In this document: piece by piece, positions 12,671-27,586 of the stretch
Numbering within the stretch: position 1 is the first letter of the stretch
How the letters are laid out: every line of letters begins with the position of its first letter
From: Felis catus
Lineage: Eukaryota
Direction: 5' to 3'
DNA length: 64,000 nucleotides
Assembly: GCF_018350175.1 (NCBI RefSeq)
Contig: NC_058368.1
Coordinates: forward strand, 170,316,001-170,380,000
The notes under the pieces: generated by a model
The model's database searches: none
Seen by the model: only the letters and a program-made list of their open reading frames with translations
What the model was told of the DNA's origin: nothing
Program-made: the position numbers and the translations under genes

Positions 12671-15600
12671 TGTAATTATTTAAATAAAATATAAGATTAT
12701 TTTAAGGGATTTATATATGAAAGGTAAAAGAAACAAAAACAGCACATAGGATGGAGAAGTCTAATGCAATTTTTCTATCATAAAGTTCTTTAGTACCATA
12801 ATATTAGTATCTAAATAGACTGTTATAAGTCATACTTAATATTGCAATCAATAGACCAATTATTTTTAAAAATTTATACAAAGAAGTATAACTAACTTGT
12901 CACTAGAGGGTAAATAGTAGAAAAGGAACAGAAAGCAGAGAGAAACAATAGAAAAAAATAGCAAAATGGTGAACACAAACATAACAATATGTATATTACA
13001 TATAAATATAATTATACTTTACATTTATAAATATTAGCGTATTTTATAAATAAAAAGCCGTTGACACTAACAAAAAGGCAAAGATTGATGGTCTCCATAT
13101 AAAAATATCAACAACCAACTCTATGTCTTCTATAATGTATAAACTTTAAATATAATGATATAGAAGTGAAAAGCAAAATGATAAAAAAGACATACCATGT
13201 AAATTAGCATAGTCAGCTGACCTGGCTATATCAGTATCAGATGAAGAAAATTTCAAAACAAGGAGAATTACCAGAGATAAAAATAAATATTCTATAATGA
13301 CAAATGGGTCAATTTCTGAGGACGGCATAAAAATCCTAAATAAATAAGCTCCAAAACTAAAAATAGAAGGAAGTTTTTTCAATATGATAATTGATTTTTT
13401 ATAAAGGTTCAAAAACAATTCAGTGGAGGAAGATAGTCTTTTTAATAAATGGTGCTGGAACAATTAACTGGACATCTGTAGTCAAAAATATGAACCTTGA
13501 CTTAAATGTAATATATAAACACTAACTCCCAATAGATCATGGATTTAAATGTAAAACATAAAACTATGAAACTTCTAGATGAAAACATAAAATGTCTTTG
13601 GGATTGAGGACAAAGATTCTTAGACATGATATTACATGTGTGATACATAAAAGAAAATAACCAATAAGTTGAACCTCCTCAAAATAAAAAGCTTTTGCAC
13701 TATGAATGACTATTAACAGAATGAAAAGACAAACTACAGATTCAGGAAGAAATATTTGCAAACTATGTACCTAATATATATTTTTATACACGTAGACTAT
13801 GTAGAGAACTCTCAAAACTCAACAGCAAAAAACAAACAAACAAAACAAAATAACCTATTATAAAATGGACAAAATATATGAACGGATATGTCATCAAAGG
13901 TATAATATGGATGGCAAGTAGGCACATGAAAAATTACCAATATCTTAGCCAAAACCATAGACAAGGGGAACATTTCAGTAGTTGCTAGAGAGCTGGGATT
14001 GGATTGGGAGGAAGGTGGGTGAGAACACAAAGAGGTAGCATGAGGAAGTTCTTTTGTGGTAATGGAACAGTCCTATCTCTAGATTGTTGTGGTTACATGC
14101 ATATACATGTGGAAGAAAATTTCACAGAACTATATACATAAATGCACACAATGATTGCAGTTATAGAAAATGGTAAAAACTGGTCAGGTCTGAAGTCTAG
14201 TTAACAGAAAGATACAAATATCACCTTCCTAGTTTTGATACTGTACCACACCTATAGAAGAGATCACTGTTTGGGAAAGCTAGGGGATGGGTGCACAAGA
14301 CTCTATACTATTTATACAACTTATATTGAGCCTTAATTATTTCAAAGCAAAAAATTTTGAAACATACACCAATCTCCATATGTAAAAGAACACAAACCCA
14401 TTTTCTGTAGTGAAAGAGAACCACAATAAAGGGGGGGATATGATGAACCTACAGAATATTTAAAGTATAAAGAAATAGAGTATAAGTAGATGGGTGAATC
14501 TAATGCAAGAAGTGGTATTTGAGTTCAATTTCTGATTCTGTTAAACTTAGAAATTGCTGAAGAGTGATCTCAAGGAAGAATTAACACATTACCTTCTTGC
14601 CTTCTAGCTTTGCAAGAGTATGCTAAGTGCTTCAGACAGGTCTCCCTAATGTATAAAGCTCTTATGAAGTATTTTCAGTTTCTGATATTCATCGTGTACA
14701 CAAGAAGAGCAAAAAATGGCATACTGTCTGAAGGCTGCAAGGGATCACTCACCCCCAAACAAGCCTGGATCTAACCAGTGAGATTTTTTTTATAATTCTG
14801 GAAATGCTGAGTAATACAGCTTTGAATATACGTGCACATTTCTGACTTAGCCAGTCAACCAAAGTAAAAATGCAGTTCCCAGGAAAAACTGACTATTCTG
14901 GTTTTTAAGTGTCCCTTAAATGATATCACTTTGCCGCTTAAGCCAACAGAAATTGAATTGTTGCTATTCATCTCTGATACTTCTCAATCCAGTCCTGTTC
15001 ACTCTGCATGCTTTCACCGTCTTCTGCCCTTTAATACTTCCTTAAATGGAACTGTCCCTTTACTTTCTCAATCTATACACATTTTCTTTACTTTTTCTTA
15101 TTATTTTTTAAGGTGCTTTGTTTCACTGTTTTTTTTTTACACTCAAGACTAATACAAAAGAGAGTTATTTATCAAGTATTTCATATAAGACTCTAGCTGT
15201 TGAGATATCTTGCAGTTGTACTCTAAGGGAAGTGAGACAAAGATATGAAACAAAGCTAAAGTATAACAGAGGGAAAACACAGTTTGACAAAGCTCATGGA
15301 ATCTTTAGCTATTTTATAAGATACTATAATGTTCATTGATCCATAGGACCTAAGCTGTGGATCTATCCCTATAGCTTAAAGAGAAACATCTGTTTAAAAC
15401 ATTCAATAATTTTAGTAACTTTATATAGTTGTACAAACATCTCTATAGCATCTTTTAACAGGGCTTGGCATACATTTCAAAAAACTACCAGTCAGAATTA
15501 CCAGTATTTCTGAAACCTGAATATTGGCCCTAAAAGTTTGGCTTGAGTCCTCCTTGTATTCACGGTAATAGATCAAGTAGATACCAAAATTAGACTAATA

Positions 15601-15941
15601 ACCATTACTAACTTGTGGAAAGAGTGCGTCAAAACAATGTGTCAAAATAAATTCAAAATATTGCCAGGTGACTCTATTCAATAGATGAGGGAAGATAACA
15701 GAATTATAAACTAGCTTGTTTAAGAAAATAAAAAGGGAAAAGAGAAGTTTTGCATTAGGTAGCCACTTTTTAAGCTAAAATTCTCTCCTAATTCAATTAG
15801 ACCATTCTAACCACATATATTCCATAATGTAAATAAAATTATATTCTTAGATCAAAGTAGATATAGATGTATGAATGAAAATAGATCAAGTTGAGGAAAC
15901 TGTACGTATTTAATAAGTGCATGGAGTTAGCATCATTTGTT

Positions 15942-16050
15942 CTTTTTTTTGTTTTTTTTTATATATGAAATTTATTGACAAATTGGTTTCCATACAACAC
16001 CCAGTGCTCATCCCAAAAGGTGCCCTCCTCAGTACCCATCACCCACCCTC
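15942..16050 (-). mobile_element. Extremely 5'-truncated L1_Fc (~110 bp)
   Basis: Poly(T) plus reverse complement of the L1 3' end seen at ~210-300; exact TSD gcatcatttgtt at 15930-15941 and 16051-16062. Confidence 0.93.
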
Positions 16051-17895
16051 GCATCATTTGTTTTAATATCCTACTTATTTAGTAGCTTTCAGAGAGAGCA
16101 TTTTAGTTAATCCCTAATAAAATGAGCAGGATGATATTGATTTTTACCTCTAAATATTTCTATTTCTCTTTGCCTCTCCATCCCCTTGTTTATCATTGTC
16201 TGATAAATCCTCTCAGTGTCTAGCATGGTGCTGAAAACAGCATATTGCAATATATTCTTGTTAATTGAACTAAAGCATCAGTGACATACACAGAAAATGG
16301 GTTATACTAAAAGCCCCAAAGTGAAAATGGGAGTAAGCCATGATAAGTCCAACAAGGAAGTGCCCCTGGTGAAAGTGAAAAGGGTAAAAGTATGGAAAGA
16401 GTGAGAACATGTAAAAACTGAGTAAACCAGGGTGAAGCAAGGTCCTTGAAACTCAGGTTTAGGAAGTGTGTATTTCTTCTTGAATTATTCACAGCCCATG
16501 AAAGGTCAAGAAAGCATTATCAAGTAAAAACATGTTTCTTTTTAATTAAGAGTATTGCAGCTCCTTGTATAAATGTGTATGATTCACTTGGCACACCTAG
16601 AAATTTATTGTTTCATCTTCCTGTCCACTTTCACTTTTCCTGATACAGATGAAACATGACGAAAAACAGGAATGAGACCATGATATCAGAATTCCTTCCT
16701 TGGCAAGGCCGTGCAGGACCAAGTCTGAAGGGCACATAGGGAGCCTATTGCTGTATTCCAGGCTCTTGGCTCATGTGAATGCTCAAAAATCTCGTAGATG
16801 TTTGGAGCCTGAGCGGCAGTCCTGCTCTGGAATTGCAGAAAATGCCAAGGAGACAGCTTTGTAGGATAGCCCTCCCCATGGTTTAGGAATGCCTGTTGCT
16901 TCTTTTTTTTTAATAGCGAATTTTTTTGTCATCCAAAATGCAAAATAATACAAGTGATGATACAAGAAACAATACTAGTGACAGCTCATGTGTTTGTGTT
17001 TTCCATAGTGCACAGCCCTTCCTCACTTCTGAATCTCCTTGCCATCCTCTATCTCCCAGGCCTACTTTCTCACAAGTTTGCAGTTGTACAACCATCTTGG
17101 TCAATTTCAATATGCATGTTGACAATATATTATATAGACTGGGTTCAGTATATTCAAGTATATATTCAAGTATAAGGGACTTGTCTCTATTCCACACTCT
17201 GCTCCCTTTATTTCTGCCTGGATTTTGCCATTATCTAGAACTGTCCCATACCTGAAATCTTCTTTTAGAAAAAATTTTCCCTTTAGTAATAATTGATCAT
17301 TTCAGAGATTTTGAAAAAAAAAAACACGCACAATCCTATCATCTAGAACCATGTCAGAGTTTATTAGTGCCTATTCCACCTTTTAAATTAGGGAATCCAG
17401 CAGTGGTAATGGGTTGAATTCTTGTTGGCTCCTCCACCTCCTTCTAGGGATTTAAGTATGGCTTTATCTGGTCCTGCTAACTCAGTTCCACTCTCTACTC
17501 ATTTTTCACCTTCCAAAATTCTTGACAACTCTTTTTCTGCTGTATCTCCTTCTTTTAATCCTTGTAGGGTTGTATCTTCTTGTTTCTTTTATCAGTTTTT
17601 GGGAGGGAGCAGAGATAAACAAGTGTATTCAGTCTGCCATGTTAAACTTCCCAGTTACCATCAGTTCTCAGCACTGGCCCACTCAGCTTTGCTTCCTACC
17701 TTCCTAATCACCCTTTACCATCTCCTTCACCCCCTTCACTCTATTTTTCCCACTGCATGTGCCAGTATCCAGACATACCCACCCTTTGATGTTACACTTG
17801 GGGAATCAAGATCCTTAAAAAACAATATGGAACCTGCCACTGTTCTTGTGACCTGTCACCTGTGGTCTTAACTATACATTAAAGTCATTCAACAT

Positions 17896-18095
17896 GGGCA
17901 TCTGGGTGGTTCAGTTGTTTAATTATCCAACTCTTGGTTTCAACTCAGGTCATGATCTCACAGCTTGTGGTTCGAGGCCCACATCAGGCTCTGCGCTGGT
18001 AGCATGGCGCCTGCTTGGGGTTCTCTCTCCCTCTCTCTCTGTCCCTTCACCACTCAAACTCTCTCAAAATAAATAAATAAACATTTTTAAAAAAA
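17896..18095 (+). mobile_element. CAN-SINE
   Basis: Head and tail; TSD core cattcaaca. Confidence 0.9.
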
Positions 18096-18194
18096 GAGCC
18101 ATTCAACAATCTTCTGAGGTTTTCTTCTGTTTCTTTTTGCAATCCCTCAGCCACAGTTCTAAGCCTTCACTATGCTTTTCAGATCATGAAGTAC

Positions 18195-18420
18195 AGGTCT
18201 CTGGAAGTTTATTGCCTGAGTTTGCATCCTGGTTCTAGAATTTACTAACTCAGTGACCTTGAGCATCCTGCCTAACTTCTCTCTGTCTAAAATCACTCGT
18301 CTATAGGATAGCGATGATAATAGTTATTAATATGGTTACAGGGACTACTTGAATCATAGGAATATTATACTGATTAAATGTGTTAATGAATCTAAAGCTT
18401 CTAGAAGAGTTTCTTATATA
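18195..18420 (+). mobile_element. MIR
   Basis: gtgaccttgagca...taacttctctctg core. Further MIR-like pieces at ~21180-21480, 37845-38070, 45575-45810, 57650-57830 and 59675-59870. Confidence 0.6.
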
Positions 18421-21400
18421 TAAAAAGTGTTATGACCCCTTTCCTTAAATAAGGAAACTAGTTCCCTTCTACTCAGAGAAAATCAAAGCTACTCATTGTT
18501 AACTCCATTACTTTACCACATACTCTTCACAAATGTTTATACCTGTGTATGTATTTCTTTCCTTCTTCCCTATTTCAGAGGAAAATGTGCACTATTACAA
18601 AAGAAAGTACACGTGATATGTATAAGGTAATGTCTGTATAGGAAACTTGTAGTACCTAAGGCATCCTAACACCCTAAGAAGGCTTTCAGGAAGAAGTGAC
18701 ACAGCTGGGTTTTGAAGAATGGATATGAGCCAGATGACAGCCTGGAGAAAGCGCTTTAGGCAAAAAGAATCTCATGTACAAGCATGTTAGGATATACATA
18801 GTATGCCACTTTGAGAACTATAACCATTTTTAATGGAGCAAAGAATCCCTATGTGTGAATGGTGAATACATGTGGGGGGGTTCTCTTCTTTTTATACAGC
18901 ACTTCTGAGCATTTTATTAGCTGATTTACATTCTTTTTCATTTAGTTTTTAAGTCTATATCTTCTCCTCAAGTTGTATATCTCATGTGGTTTGGAATGAC
19001 GTCATAGACTTCCTTTGACTGCTCATGATATATACCACATTGCCAAATGTGTTGTAAGCCTCAGTAAATAATTATGAAATAATTAATTTTTTGAAACTCA
19101 AAGATATTTGCATTACTTCACTCAATAATTTTTTTAGTAATCAAGAAAGAGTTAATTTAAATAGTCATGCTTTTAAATTGACAGTAAACATGTAAACATG
19201 AGAGACATTAACATAAATTGGAGCTTCACATTATACCTATAGTTAATAGAAATAGAACAATGAGTGCATGTAGAGAACATAATGATTTTATATGCTCTCA
19301 TGCTAAGGTGATAGTACATATGAAGATGCAACAAAGTAATATATTCTTCAAGATGAAACTTCTTTTATTAAATGTATGCATGCTTACAAAATTTTGATGC
19401 ATTCAAAAAGCAATGTTGATCAATGGTAATGCTTATATTAAACTGAGTTTGCACAATTATAAGGGGAAAAACTCCCCTAGATTAGCTTTTACTTCTGCCC
19501 TTCAAGTGCAGAAACTGGAATGTATGTCTTCTGTATCAGGAGCTTCCCCCTCTGTACTTCTCCTTTCCACTCCATATTGGAGTCATTATCCTTTTCACTT
19601 TAAAGCCTCTATAAAGCCCTTCAACCTCTTGTGTCACATCATGCTGTTGAAAGATGGAACCTAGCTAATGCAATTTGGATATGCTTTTCTTAATGCCTCC
19701 ACCTTTTTGATACTTCTACTGCCTTTTTTTCAGTTGCCCAGAGTCCTTTTTCTGAAAATTCCCTTCATTTTATGGACAAACAGGAAATGATGATAATATG
19801 AGCCATTTATATATGATGAGTTTTGACGAGCTACATATTAATATTAAAACATTTGAGTCAAATGTTCCTTCAGTCATGATTTACATGTCAATTGCTTTTT
19901 TCTTCTGATGGCGAAATGTAGGTTTTTATTTCTGTCTAAGGAATTTAGGTTTTCTGCCAGCAAGTGAAGAAATGTGTAAGTTGTGTTCTTCAGGGATATT
20001 CTGAAGTCATTGTGAAGTTTGTAGCTTACACAGACAAAAGCTCTAGTAAAATAAAATTCTGTAAATAGCCTGGTCATTTGGTGTTGTCTCCTCTGGACAC
20101 TCAAATCTTGACTCTAATGATCAGGAATAGTACATTCACTTCAGGTACTTAGGAGCACTTATCTACTTTAGACTTTGTGGAAATGGAAATGGAAATGTCA
20201 GATATAATTGAACCACTTTTTGAAAAACCCTGACACAAGCATAAAAATGCATTGGGTTGTGGCCTGCCTTTTTTGAATTAGTCTTCTACCAGATTCTATG
20301 AGTCTCCTTTGGAGACACCTACTATACTTTACCTGTGGATATATTACTTGCTTCTGTGTGTCAGTTTAATTCTTCTAAAGATAATAAAATTTGTTACACA
20401 TTTATCCTGTACAAATCACAAGGGCCACTCTACATCTTTGATAGTTCACTACCCGACTCCTTTGATCTGTCCAATGTTTCCCTGACCCATCTTACAATGT
20501 ATATTTTTCGAATTATTAACTCTGAGCTTCTCCCCAGGATTTCTCTTCTTAGGTTCCTTAGCTTGTCTATGTTCTTTATTTTTCATGATCTCTTTCTCCA
20601 TTTGGATTCATGATGCTACATAGTGGGGAGCTCTTCCCACAAAGGGGCACCTGTACTCCTCCCTTTACCCCTCCCGCTCCACCACAGGCTGCCCAGACCA
20701 GGTCAGCACATCCCACCTGACCAGATTCCTCCCCTATGCTGTTGTCTATCACAGATGCTCAGCACATCTTGCTTATATCTCCAGCCTGGCCTTGAGCCCT
20801 TGAAGGCTCCAGGCCCATTGTCTGTGCTAGTGACAGCAACTCAGAACACACTCAACCTGTTCCCGAAGCATCTGAACACCCTCCACCTCATTGGAACCTC
20901 ACAACATCCCTGTGAAGAGGAGAGGAGGGGGTTTTGTGCCTATTTTGCAGATGAGAAAGGGAAGCCTAAGAGAGGAAGGTGGCTTCTCAACACTGTATGA
21001 GACAAGGGCGTGGAGGCTGAACTCACCTCAAGGTTTGGCTAAATCCCTTGTATTTACTGAGAACGACTACATTTTTGAAATCATAAATTCAGGCATCCTT
21101 CTCTCGTGCCACTAATTCCTATTCCTCCAGCTTTTTTACTTTATTATTTCTCCATAGAATATGGGTGATTACATGCTACAGTAGTTAATGGCATAGTCTC
21201 TGAAGCTAGATTTCCTGGGTTTAAATCCCATCCCTATCACTTAAATATATATAACTTCGTGCAAATTGATTAGTATTTGGAGCCCTTAATTCCTTCATCT
21301 ACATATAGAAGGAAAAGCATCTAATTCACAAAGAATTGGAGAGCTCTGATAGGTAGAGTAATAATGTTTATTGAATACATATTATATGCCAGACACTATT

Positions 21401-21529
21401 TTACATGTTTTAATATGAATTAATTTAATTTTCAAAGCAATCCTATGAGTTAGATGTTATGTACTATCTTTTTCACTATCTACAAACTGCTTCATCCATT
21501 TTTCTCATTTCAGCATAGTTTCTATCAGG

Positions 21530-21942
21530 ATGAAAATTTTTCCTCTACTACCTTAGGTTGAAATGAATGGGTGCCTGCAAATTAACTAACAAGAGACAGA
21601 TTAACAGGGGAAAAGATAAAGTTTATTCATATGCAAATAGAAGAGCACAAAAGAAGTGGTTTTCTGAACACCTAGAAGTAGGGGTTTGTTTAACAACTTT
21701 ATAGAGGGAAACAAACAAATGGACTTTTAGGAAAGAAAACTGGGCTTTGTGGGAAACAAACGCAAAGTATGACACTTTGTGATAATGTTTCTTTATGCAG
21801 CCTCTCATCTTGGTGCTAATGATTAGTTTCCTCTCTAGGGGATTATGGCAACTGTGTGTTTTGAGAGGCGTATTTTGCCAGCCAAAGAAATTTAGATGAT
21901 ATTTGTTCAGAATTGTTTAGTTTAAAATAATCTTTGTGCCAG
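21530..21942 (-). mobile_element. Probable ERV1-class LTR fragment
   Basis: aattaactaacaagagacagattaacagg...tttatt pattern typical of reverse-oriented ERV1 LTRs; family not identified. Confidence 0.45.
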
Positions 21943-22124
21943 TCCAGAGAACTGAGAATCTATACATTTCCAGGGCATTTAAATTTTTTGCTAACAATCT
22001 CAAATACCATATAATATCATTCTGTTGCATGGTGAGGGTAGTATGACAGCTCTGGATCAAGCTAAGAATCTACTTTGTCCATTCTTACATCTAAGGGAGT
22101 GAATTTTGTAGAATTGTTGTAAGA

Positions 22125-22443
22125 TGTGTTAGTCTGTTCAGGCCGCCATAAAAAAATATTGTAGACTGGGTATCTTAAACACATTTATTTTCTCACAGTT
22201 CAGGAAGCTGGAGTCCTAGATCAAGGTCTGGCAGGACTGATTTCTGATGAGAGCTCTCTTCCTAGCTTGCAGACAGCCACTTTCTCATGTATTCTCATAT
22301 GGTGAAGTGAGAGTGATCTCTGATGTCCCTTCCTCTTTTATAAGAACATCATTTCAATGTAATCACCTTTTTAATGGCTCTTATCTCTCATAAGGCTTCA
22401 ACATATGAATTTGGGGGGAAACCCAGATATTCAGACCATAACA
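22125..22443 (-). mobile_element. MLT1A-type MaLR LTR
   Basis: tgtgttagtctgttcagg...atttattttctcacagttc...attcagaccataaca. Confidence 0.8.
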
Positions 22444-23390
22444 CATGACCATACAGACAGGTAAAACTATAAATTCATGTGATAGACTTTGCCCACACCT
22501 TCAAAATAAGCCACAATCCTTTAATTTTTTATTATTCAATTTTTTCCTCCCATTCTTCACAGTACTATTTAAAATCTTTACCCTCCTCAATCTTTGGTCT
22601 TATCATCTCCACAGGTCCTGGGCCAAAGACCTCTCTTATTTAACTTATAAAATAGAAATATAACAATTTCTGTTATGTAACCTGCAAAAATCTTTTCATG
22701 CTCATTTAAAAGATTTCAAATGGAAAAATTATTTAATCTTGCTTAAACCTAATTCCTCTACTTGTTTTCTGGATGTCATCCTTTTCCATCTACTCAGGGA
22801 TCACTTCTCACTCCTACAATTCACTGTTTCCTTCTACAGGCACCTTCCAACCAGGATTTAAATACACTATGCATTACCCATCTCAAAAGTATAAAACAGA
22901 AAACTTCCCTAGTTTCCATGTCTTCCTCCAGCTACCAGCCTATCTCTCTCCATCCATTCACCGCTTCAGAAACAAATTTCCTACAGTTTTGTGTGTACTT
23001 ATTCTTTCCTCCTAAAATTTGTTTCAAAACCCATAACAGTCTGGCTTCAATCTCCACAATTCCACAAAAATGCTATGACCAGAAAAAGCAACTTGACAGC
23101 ATATTCAGGATGCTTTTCGAGATTGACCTTTGCTACATTTGATCCTGTTAACTTCATATTCCTTCCTGGAAGACTTTCTTCTCTTGCATCTGAAGATGCA
23201 ATTCTCTTCTGGTTTCTAGCTGCCATTCTGGTATCTTGCATTCACTTGTTTTTGTGAAGTCTTCTTCTGACTTTCTGCAAAATGTTGGTGTTCCTAAGGA
23301 TTCTATACTAGGCCCTCTTTTCTTCTTCCTCTAGACACTTATATTTAATAATCTCATCCACTCCTATGACTTCAATTCTACCATGTTGAC

Positions 23391-23817
23391 TTTTTTTTAA
23401 TTTCAAGTTTTTGTTTAAATTCTATTTAGTTAACATATATGGTAAAATTCATGACAGATGTAGAATTTAGTGATTCATCACTTACACACATAACATCCAG
23501 TGCTCATCACAACAGTGCCCTCCTTAATACCTACCACCCATTTAGCCCATCTCCCTGCCTACCTCCCTCCATCGACACCTCACTTTTTTCTCTTGGTTAA
23601 GACTCTCCTATTGTTTTCTTCCCTGTCTCTTTTTTTCCCCTTTTCCCTTCCCCTATGTTCATCTCTTTTGTTTCTTAAATTCCACATATGAATGAAATCT
23701 TATGGTAGTTATCTTTCTCTGACTGACTTATTTCATTTAGCGTTTTATACTCTAACTCCATCCACATTGTTGCACATGGCAAGATTTCATTCTTTTTTGA
23801 TGGCTGAGAAATATTCC

Positions 23818-23885
<68 letters not shown>

Positions 23886-24815
23886 CACACACACACGTAT
23901 GTATACCACATCTTCTTTATCTATTCATTAGTCAGTAAACATTTGTGCTCTTTCCATAGTTTGGCTATTGTTGATAATGCTGCTATAAACATCAGGGTGC
24001 ATGTGTCCCTTTCAGTCAGTATTTTTGTATCCTTTGGTAAATACCTAGTAGTGCAATTGCTGGTTTATAGGGGAGTTCTATTTTTAACTTTCTGATGAAT
24101 CTCCATACTGTTTTCCAGAGTGGCTGCATCAGTTTGCATTCCTATCAACAGTGTAAGAAGGCTTCCCTTTCTGTACATCCTTGCCAACATCTTTTGTTTC
24201 CTATGTTGTTAATTTTACCCATTCTGACAGGTGTGAGGTGGTATCTCATGGTGGTTTTGATTTGTATTTCCCTGATGATGAGTGATGTTGAGCATCTTTT
24301 CCTGTGTCTGTTAGCCATCTGGATGTCTTCTTTGGGAAAAAATGTTTGTTCATGTCTTCCACCCATTTCTTAACTGGGTTATTTATTTTTGGGGTGTTGA
24401 GTTTGACTCAACAAAGCAGGAAAAAATATCCAATGAAAAAAAGTGTCTTCAACAAATGGTGTTGGAAAAACTGGACAGCAACAGGCAGAAGAAGGAAACT
24501 GGACCACTTTCTTACCCCATAGACAAAAACAAATTCAAAATAAATGAAAGGCCTAAATGTGAGACTGGAAACCATCAAAATCCTAGAGGAGAACACAGGC
24601 AGCAACCTCTTTGAGGCTGCAACTTCTTACTACACATGTCTCCTGAGGCAAGTGAAAAAAAAAAAACAAAAACGAACTATTGGTATTTGATCAAGATAAA
24701 AAGCTTCTGCACAGCAAAGGAAACAATCAACAAAACTAAAAGACAACCTAAGGAATGGGAGAAGATATTTGTAAAAGATGTATCTGATAAAGGGTTAGAA
24801 TCCCAAATCTATATA
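23391..24815 (-). mobile_element. 5'-inverted L1_Carn-type element inside an L2
   Basis: Poly(T) and antisense 3' end at 23391-24406, followed by a sense ORF2 piece at 24407-24815. The two pieces are nearly contiguous on L1. Confidence 0.85.
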
Positions 24816-26199
24816 GACTGATGGATCTAAATTGCTTTATCTCCCTCCATTTATCTTTCCTGAGCTTCACTCAGGAGTAAGCAGGTTCATTCAATGGCCC
24901 ACTAAATATTTCTGGACTTCCTACAAGCACACATAATAGTCAACATAGAAAAAATAAGATTCATGTCATTTTATGCAAAACTCCTCCTCCCCTAGGAGGA
25001 CATAAATTCAGTCATTTATTCATGTTAGAAACCAAGAAATTACCCTCATGCATCCAAAAATGACATACTCAGACACTCCTATCCATAATCTGTTCACTGC
25101 TATCTTTCTCACTTCCCTTTTAGATGATCACCATTAGACTAGTTGCCAAAGTATAAATACTGATGTCCTCCCTGCTCAATAATAACATAATTCTTGTATT
25201 GCCAAGCAATTGTCTAAACACTTACTGCATATTAACTCATTTAACTCTCGTAACAACTGCACCAGGCACGTGTCGTTGTCAGTTCCACTTTACAGTGCTA
25301 GAGGGAGGGCTGGAACTAGGGGTTGGGCTCTATAGACAGTCTGAAAAGGATAGAATACCCAAAATATAAGATGAGAAATCACAAAATTCAAACATTAACT
25401 AAATAAAGTAAAATTAAATAAAGATAATACATACATTTCTCATTCTTTGTTGCAACCAGATTGCAGATTTAGATGGCTAACTAAAGAAAACAACTTCATA
25501 CTAGAAGGGATTCCATTTAGACAAGGATGTTTTATATTGCTCCCTTGATGGTTTCAAGAAGAGGAGACAAAATTAAGCAAAAAAAGTTCTTTCTTCCCTG
25601 ATGATAAGCAGACATACTATATCGTTTGAAGCTTATCTCAGAATCTGATATTAGACTTGCTCTGGTCAAGAAAATTACTCAAGTCACATCTGTGTTTCTT
25701 TATTCATTAAGGGAGTTTTAAAAGATGGGCAAAATACAGAAAGATGGAACAAGTAAGAGATCTGACTATTAGGTGAAAAAATGAATCTTGATTTTATTCC
25801 GATGAGGACCCAACATCAAACATGTTTTCAAACATTTTTTGCAAAACACCAAAAACTATAAGATCAATGATAGAGGAAGTTGTATCATAGCACAAAAATA
25901 CAGACTGAAACACTCGGCTGACTCCAGCTTTGGTATCATTACCCGTCCTTGCCCCTCACTATCCCAAACCACAGTAAAAAGAACAAAGAAAATATCAACT
26001 CTGAACCTGGATTTAGCTAGTTTTTTAATACTTACACTAAGAAGAATATCTATCTACCTATTTTTAAAATATATATATGATTTTATAATGATTTATGTAT
26101 ATAATTTTAAATGATTGAGACTGTAAATTTTTTTTTAACATAAAACTTTATCTGCTCTCCAGGTATTATTTTAATTATGGTCCATGGCATTTTAAAATG

Positions 26200-26411
26200 T
26201 CTTTTTTTTTTAATGTTTATTTATTTGGTTTTGAGAGAGAGATAGAGAGCGAGCAGGGGAGGGACAGAGAGAGAGAGAGACAGAATCCCAAGCAGGCTCC
26301 ATGCCATCAGCACAGAGCCCAATGTGGGGCTTGAACCATGAACCATGAGATCATGACCTGAGCCAAAATGAAGAGTTGGATGCCTAACCAACTGAGCCAC
26401 CCAGGCACCCC
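26200..26411 (-). mobile_element. CAN-SINE
   Basis: TSD atgtctttt. Confidence 0.93.
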
Positions 26412-26778
26412 ATGTCTTTTGAATTTACATAGAATTGAGTTCAATTTATCCTTCAGTTTATTGTAAACTATCATTATCATTCCATACAAGGTTTTCTCTT
26501 TATTATTATTTATTACTTTCAATTCCACCTCTCATGCCAGCCACACCTCTCTTTAGGCATCCACCTAATGGGTTTGATATTCGGTTTTCAATATGCATGT
26601 ATCTTTGGATATAGTATTTGTAATTACAGTGTTTATTTTACATAGGAGGTACTGTGCTATAAACTTATTCTCTCTCTCTCTTTTTTTTTTTCACTCAGAC
26701 TTTGCTTGGAGGATCTATGGTGCTATGTATGTGTCAAGTTCATTTTTTTTTTCTATATGGTATGTGCCTACCACATAT

Positions 26779-27385
26779 TGTCTCAGACTTTGAGTCTGGA
26801 GTTCTCTCTTGTCCAGCAAGAGAGTAGATAAGGAATTAAATATGAGAGAGGCTGATGTCCAGGAGGAGACAAGAGCCCCAAGTAAAGGTCCTTGCTCCGT
26901 ATTTATTAGGATCAGAAGGCTTACAAATGTGATGATGTGCAGAAAGAGACAATGAAACAGTGAGCACTAACTCACATGTGTGAAAGAAAGGGGGTTTCGA
27001 AGATGTGCAGTGTTAAGGGTTTGGGTCAATATAAAACAAAATCCCAGTGCTGAGCAGATGGCTGTTTAAGGCAGGCACTAGGCACCATGTCTATCTATCT
27101 CAACTTGCCTATGGGGTAAGACATATAGAGCATGCTACCTCAGGGTCAACAAGACATCTTTCTTTTGCCAGTTAGCTCCAGGCAATTTCACCCTGCTGCA
27201 GTGGCCTATCGCCCTGTTTACCTGTTTACCTATTCTGTACTCTTCCATCCTGTGGAAGTGGCTTCCTACTTTTGTTCTGTGCTGGGAGTGCTTTTGCCCT
27301 GTTTACCTATTCTGGATGCTTTCGTCCTAAGCCTTGTTAACCCATCAGTGCAAGCTCAGGGAAATTCCTAAACTTATTCCCCACA
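26779..27385 (-). mobile_element. Solo ERV LTR (ERV1-class)
   Basis: TG...CA ends, 4-bp TSD atat, minus-strand AATAAA near 26902. Confidence 0.8.
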
Positions 27386-27586
27386 ATATTACTAACCATT
27401 TCCCTAAAAATGGACATAACCTATGTTTCTTTCAATTCTCTACTATCATGGGGTATAGAAGTGCCATGATGATAAGACTTGTTATGATTAGAAGAAATAA
27501 TAAATGCAAGATGCATTAGAAAGTTGTTTGACACCCAGCAAAAGCTACCTGAATGGTAACTATATATATATGTATTAGCTCCCTTA

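Larger units (their letters stand above)
7000..14350 (+). mobile_element. Patchwork of old L1M fragments (ORF1-like ~10400-11800; ORF2/3'UTR-like ~12700-14350) interrupted by SINEs and an LTR
   Basis: A-rich strand with L1 motifs (aaaaggcagtgggatgaaatatttaaagtc; aataaatggtgctggaacaatt; L1MC-like 3' end). Confidence 0.7.

Noticed and set aside
20610..21186. GC-richer block with a 125-aa ORF and similar flanks (atgctaca.tagt)
   Set aside because: Flank match is imperfect, there is no clear poly(A), part is MIR-like and the peptide is unrecognisable.
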